A stretch of DNA of 64,000 nucleotides from contig CAVSGG010000010.1 of the NCBI GenBank assembly GCA_963727455.1, forward strand, positions 1-64,000. The letters are read 5' to 3'. Position 1 is the first letter of the stretch; each line of letters begins with the position of its first letter. The notes under the pieces are model-generated. The model worked only from the letters and a program-made list of their open reading frames with translations. It did not search any database and was not told the origin of the DNA. The translations under genes and the position numbers were made by a program. Positions 61,967-64,000 of the stretch are shown one piece after another. The DNA comes from Candidatus Krumholzibacteriota bacterium. GTDB lineage: Bacteria > Krumholzibacteriota > Krumholzibacteriia > JAJRXK01.

Positions 61967-62575
61967 GTGGACACGACTTCTCTGGGTCTGATCGAGTGCG
62001 GAAGTCTCGCCCGCGGCTCTCTGGTCTGCGATGCGATGCTCAAGACCGCGCACGTTCATCTCCTCATGGCCAGCCCGGTCACTCCGGGAAAATTGCTCAT
62101 CGGAATCAACGGAGCGATCGCGGAAGTCGAAGCCGCGATGGAGAAGGGTCTGCAGGTTTGCGACGAGCAGCTCGTGGATGCGCTCTTCTTGCCCCGAGTG
62201 CACGCGGAGCTCGCGCGCGCATTTCATAGCTCCCTTCCCGCCGGCGGAGTGGCGGCAATGGGAGTGGTGGAGACGGCCTCCGTGTCTTCCGCGCTGCGCG
62301 CAGCCGACGCTTCGCTGAAAGCGGCCCAAGTACGACTGCTTTCCCTGCGACTCGGCGCGGGCATCGGCGGCAAGGCGGTGTATCACCTCTCGGGAGAGGT
62401 GGCCGACGTGGAGGCTGCGGTGGAGGCCGGGGTGGGCGCGATCCGGATTTCCAGTCTTCTGGTGCAAACCGCGATTCTGCCCCGCCCGCATCCCGATTTC
62501 GCGGCCTACCTCGATGGGGGCGCCGGCCAGGAGACCCCGCCGCGTGGCGTGGTGGCTCTCGAAGAGGAGGACTAG
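61967..62575 (+). CDS. BMC-T tandem-domain shell protein (PduT-like)
   Basis: Two BMC domains (LGLIEC...DAMLKTA; MGVVET...ADASLKAA...GGKA...LPRPH). Confidence 0.9.
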   Translation: MDTTSLGLIECGSLARGSLVCDAMLKTAHVHLLMASPVTPGKLLIGINGAIAEVEAAMEKGLQVCDEQLVDALFLPRVHAELARAFHSSLPAGGVAAMGVVETASVSSALRAADASLKAAQVRLLSLRLGAGIGGKAVYHLSGEVADVEAAVEAGVGAIRISSLLVQTAILPRPHPDFAAYLDGGAGQETPPRGVVALEEED

Positions 62576-62576
62576 G

Positions 62577-62885
62577 GTGCAGCTGGCGCGCGTCGTGGGC
62601 ACCTGTGTCGCCACCCGGAAGACCCCGGGGCTCGCGGGACAGCGATTGCTCTTGATCCAACCTCTCGACTTCGCGCTGCAGGACAAGGGCCGGATCGCCG
62701 TCGCGGCGGACACCGTTTCGGCCGGTCCCGAGGAGATCGTGTGGTTCGTTCGCAGCCGCGAGGCGGCCAACAGCCTGCAAGATCCTTTCAACCCGGTGGA
62801 TTGCGCGATCGTGGGGATTCTGGACGAGTTGGAAATGCTGCACGAGGACCGCATGCGGCGCGTCTTTCCGGTGGGGGACTCATGA
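62577..62885 (+). CDS. BMC-P vertex protein 2
   Basis: VQLARVVGTCVATRK, AADTVSAGPEE, SREAA, PVDCAIVGILD; SD GAGGAGG. Confidence 0.9.
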   Translation: MQLARVVGTCVATRKTPGLAGQRLLLIQPLDFALQDKGRIAVAADTVSAGPEEIVWFVRSREAANSLQDPFNPVDCAIVGILDELEMLHEDRMRRVFPVGDS

Positions 62886-63163
62886 GAGTCGCGCGTGTAG
62901 TGGGGACGGTGGTGGGTAGCGTGAAACATCCTCAGATGCACGGACGCCGCCTCCTGGTGCTGCAACCGCTTCGCTTGGGTGGACTCTCCGGCGGAGATCC
63001 TCTCATCGCGGTGGATGTGATCGGGGTCGGGGTGGGTGAGGAGGTCCTCTTCGTGGACGACGGAGCCGCCGCAAGGACGATTTTGGGCAGTGCGGGCCCG
63101 GTGCGGACCGTGGTGGTGGGGGTCGTCGACGAGGCCAAGGTGGAGGGCAGCTCAGGGGCCTGA
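62882..63163 (+). CDS. BMC-P vertex protein 3
   Basis: MRVARVVGTVVGSVKH, AVDVIGVGVGEEVL, PVRTVVVGVVDE; ATGA overlap. Confidence 0.9.
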   Translation: MRVARVVGTVVGSVKHPQMHGRRLLVLQPLRLGGLSGGDPLIAVDVIGVGVGEEVLFVDDGAAARTILGSAGPVRTVVVGVVDEAKVEGSSGA

Positions 63164-63186
63164 TCGGGCCAAGTTCAATTTAGGCA

Positions 63187-63215
63187 TTGACTTGGCTCGG
63201 GCCGACTGCTATCAC
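63187..63215 (+). promoter_or_regulatory. Candidate sigma70 promoter for HU/IHF gene
   Basis: TTGACT-17 nt-TATCAC with TG extension. Confidence 0.45.
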
Positions 63216-63322
63216 TTCTTAGACTTGGATGCGTTTTCAGCATGGCGGGGTATGCTCTCTTGCCCTCGCTCTCATGAGAGAGAAGGCGCTACGGAGAATC
63301 TGAAGTAAGGGAGTTTGAATCC

Positions 63323-63679
63323 ATGACCAAGGCCGAGCTCGTCGAGATGATCGCGCAAGGAACGGGTCTTTCGAAGAAGGACACCGGAGTGGTCGTGGAT
63401 CTCATCCTGGAGAATGTCTCGCGGGCCCTCTGCGAGGGCGACAAGGTGGAACTGCGCGGATTCGGCAGTTTCAAGGTGAAGGAGAGACGCTCGCGCAAGG
63501 CGCGCAATCCACGGACCGGCGATGCGGTGGAGGTGCCCTCCAAACTGGTGCCCTATTTCAAGGCCTCCAACGAGCTGAAAGCGCTCGTGGACGGCTCGCA
63601 AGAGGACCATTCCGGCCTCGCGCAGGGGCAATACACCGCGCCTGGCGGCGCGGGCCAGGGCCCGGCCAGACCGTTCTAA
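63323..63679 (+). CDS. HU/IHF-family DNA-binding protein (IHF-beta-like) with Gly/Pro C-terminal tail
   Basis: MTKAELV, VELRGFGSFKV, ARNPRTG, VPYFKAS. Confidence 0.92.
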   Translation: MTKAELVEMIAQGTGLSKKDTGVVVDLILENVSRALCEGDKVELRGFGSFKVKERRSRKARNPRTGDAVEVPSKLVPYFKASNELKALVDGSQEDHSGLAQGQYTAPGGAGQGPARPF

Positions 63680-63817
63680 GTCCAAGCAGCCGGGCGTACC
63701 GGAGTCACGCGCGATGGAGCTGTGCTCCCACGCGGCGGCCACCTGCCTTGCGGTGGGTGGCGTTTTATCGTTATCTGCGGCTTCTTTGACGAGTCGCAAC
63801 TTGGAGGTCAGGCTGAG

Positions 63818-63913
63818 ATGCCCAGCGGGAAGAAGCGGAAGCGCAAGAAGATTGCCACCCACAAGCGCAAGAAGCGCCTGCGGAAGAACCGGCACAAGAA
63901 GAAGAACAAGTAG
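63818..63913 (+). CDS. Small basic ribosomal protein bS22 (AURKAIP1/COX24, mS38 homolog)
   Basis: MPSGKKRKRKKIATHKRKKRLRKNRHKKKNK; SD GGAGG upstream. Confidence 0.85.
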   Translation: MPSGKKRKRKKIATHKRKKRLRKNRHKKKNK

Positions 63914-63936
63914 AGACCGGCAGGTAGGGTTGCGTC

Positions 63937-64000
63937 GTGGATTGGGAACTCGAGATCTTGCGTTTTCTCGAGAGGCGTCCGCATCGTAGCTTCAAACTCA
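63937..64000 (+). CDS. Start of next gene (possibly RNase R N-terminal HTH), partial
   Basis: GTG-start frame MDWELEILRFLERRPHRSFKL runs off the window; resemblance only. Confidence 0.3.
   Translation, partial: MDWELEILRFLERRPHRSFKL

Overview
GC-rich bacterial chromosomal window. An FCB-associated candidate phylum (Krumholzibacteria/Eisenbacteria/Latescibacteria-like) is inferred from the C25 proteases with FlgD-Ig/T9SS-type tails, the Bacteroidetes-type GlmU-like gene and bS22; this is not verified. Bases 1-33 kb form a large surface-polysaccharide region. It contains a lower-GC, probably acquired Wzx/Wzy cassette (~160-13400) carrying a degenerate tRNA-Arg(TCT) 3' half, then capD and a ligase, an ino1-flippase-DegT-PglC operon divergent from a LysR gene, a ParA-CBM48 fusion, a kinase-degenerate Wzc, a second ligase, a GT4 and WecA. 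Next come two tandem gingipain-like C25/FG-GAP proteases, clpB and a metal-uptake operon (porin, SBP, permease). That operon is headed by a His/CxxC/RGPP leader ORF whose Pro-Pro codons pair with the downstream Shine-Dalgarno. The rest holds a peptide SBP, a metzincin lipoprotein, a phosphodiesterase, fbp, divergent tRNA-Leu/tRNA-Ala, a GlmU-like gene, a Haliangium-type microcompartment operon (H, P, AldDH, T, P, P; no signature enzyme), HU/IHF and bS22. Best novelty candidates are the arrest-peptide/anti-SD switch on the metal importer, the ParA-glycogen-binding fusion and the orphan BMC operon. All calls come from manual motif recognition; no searches were run.
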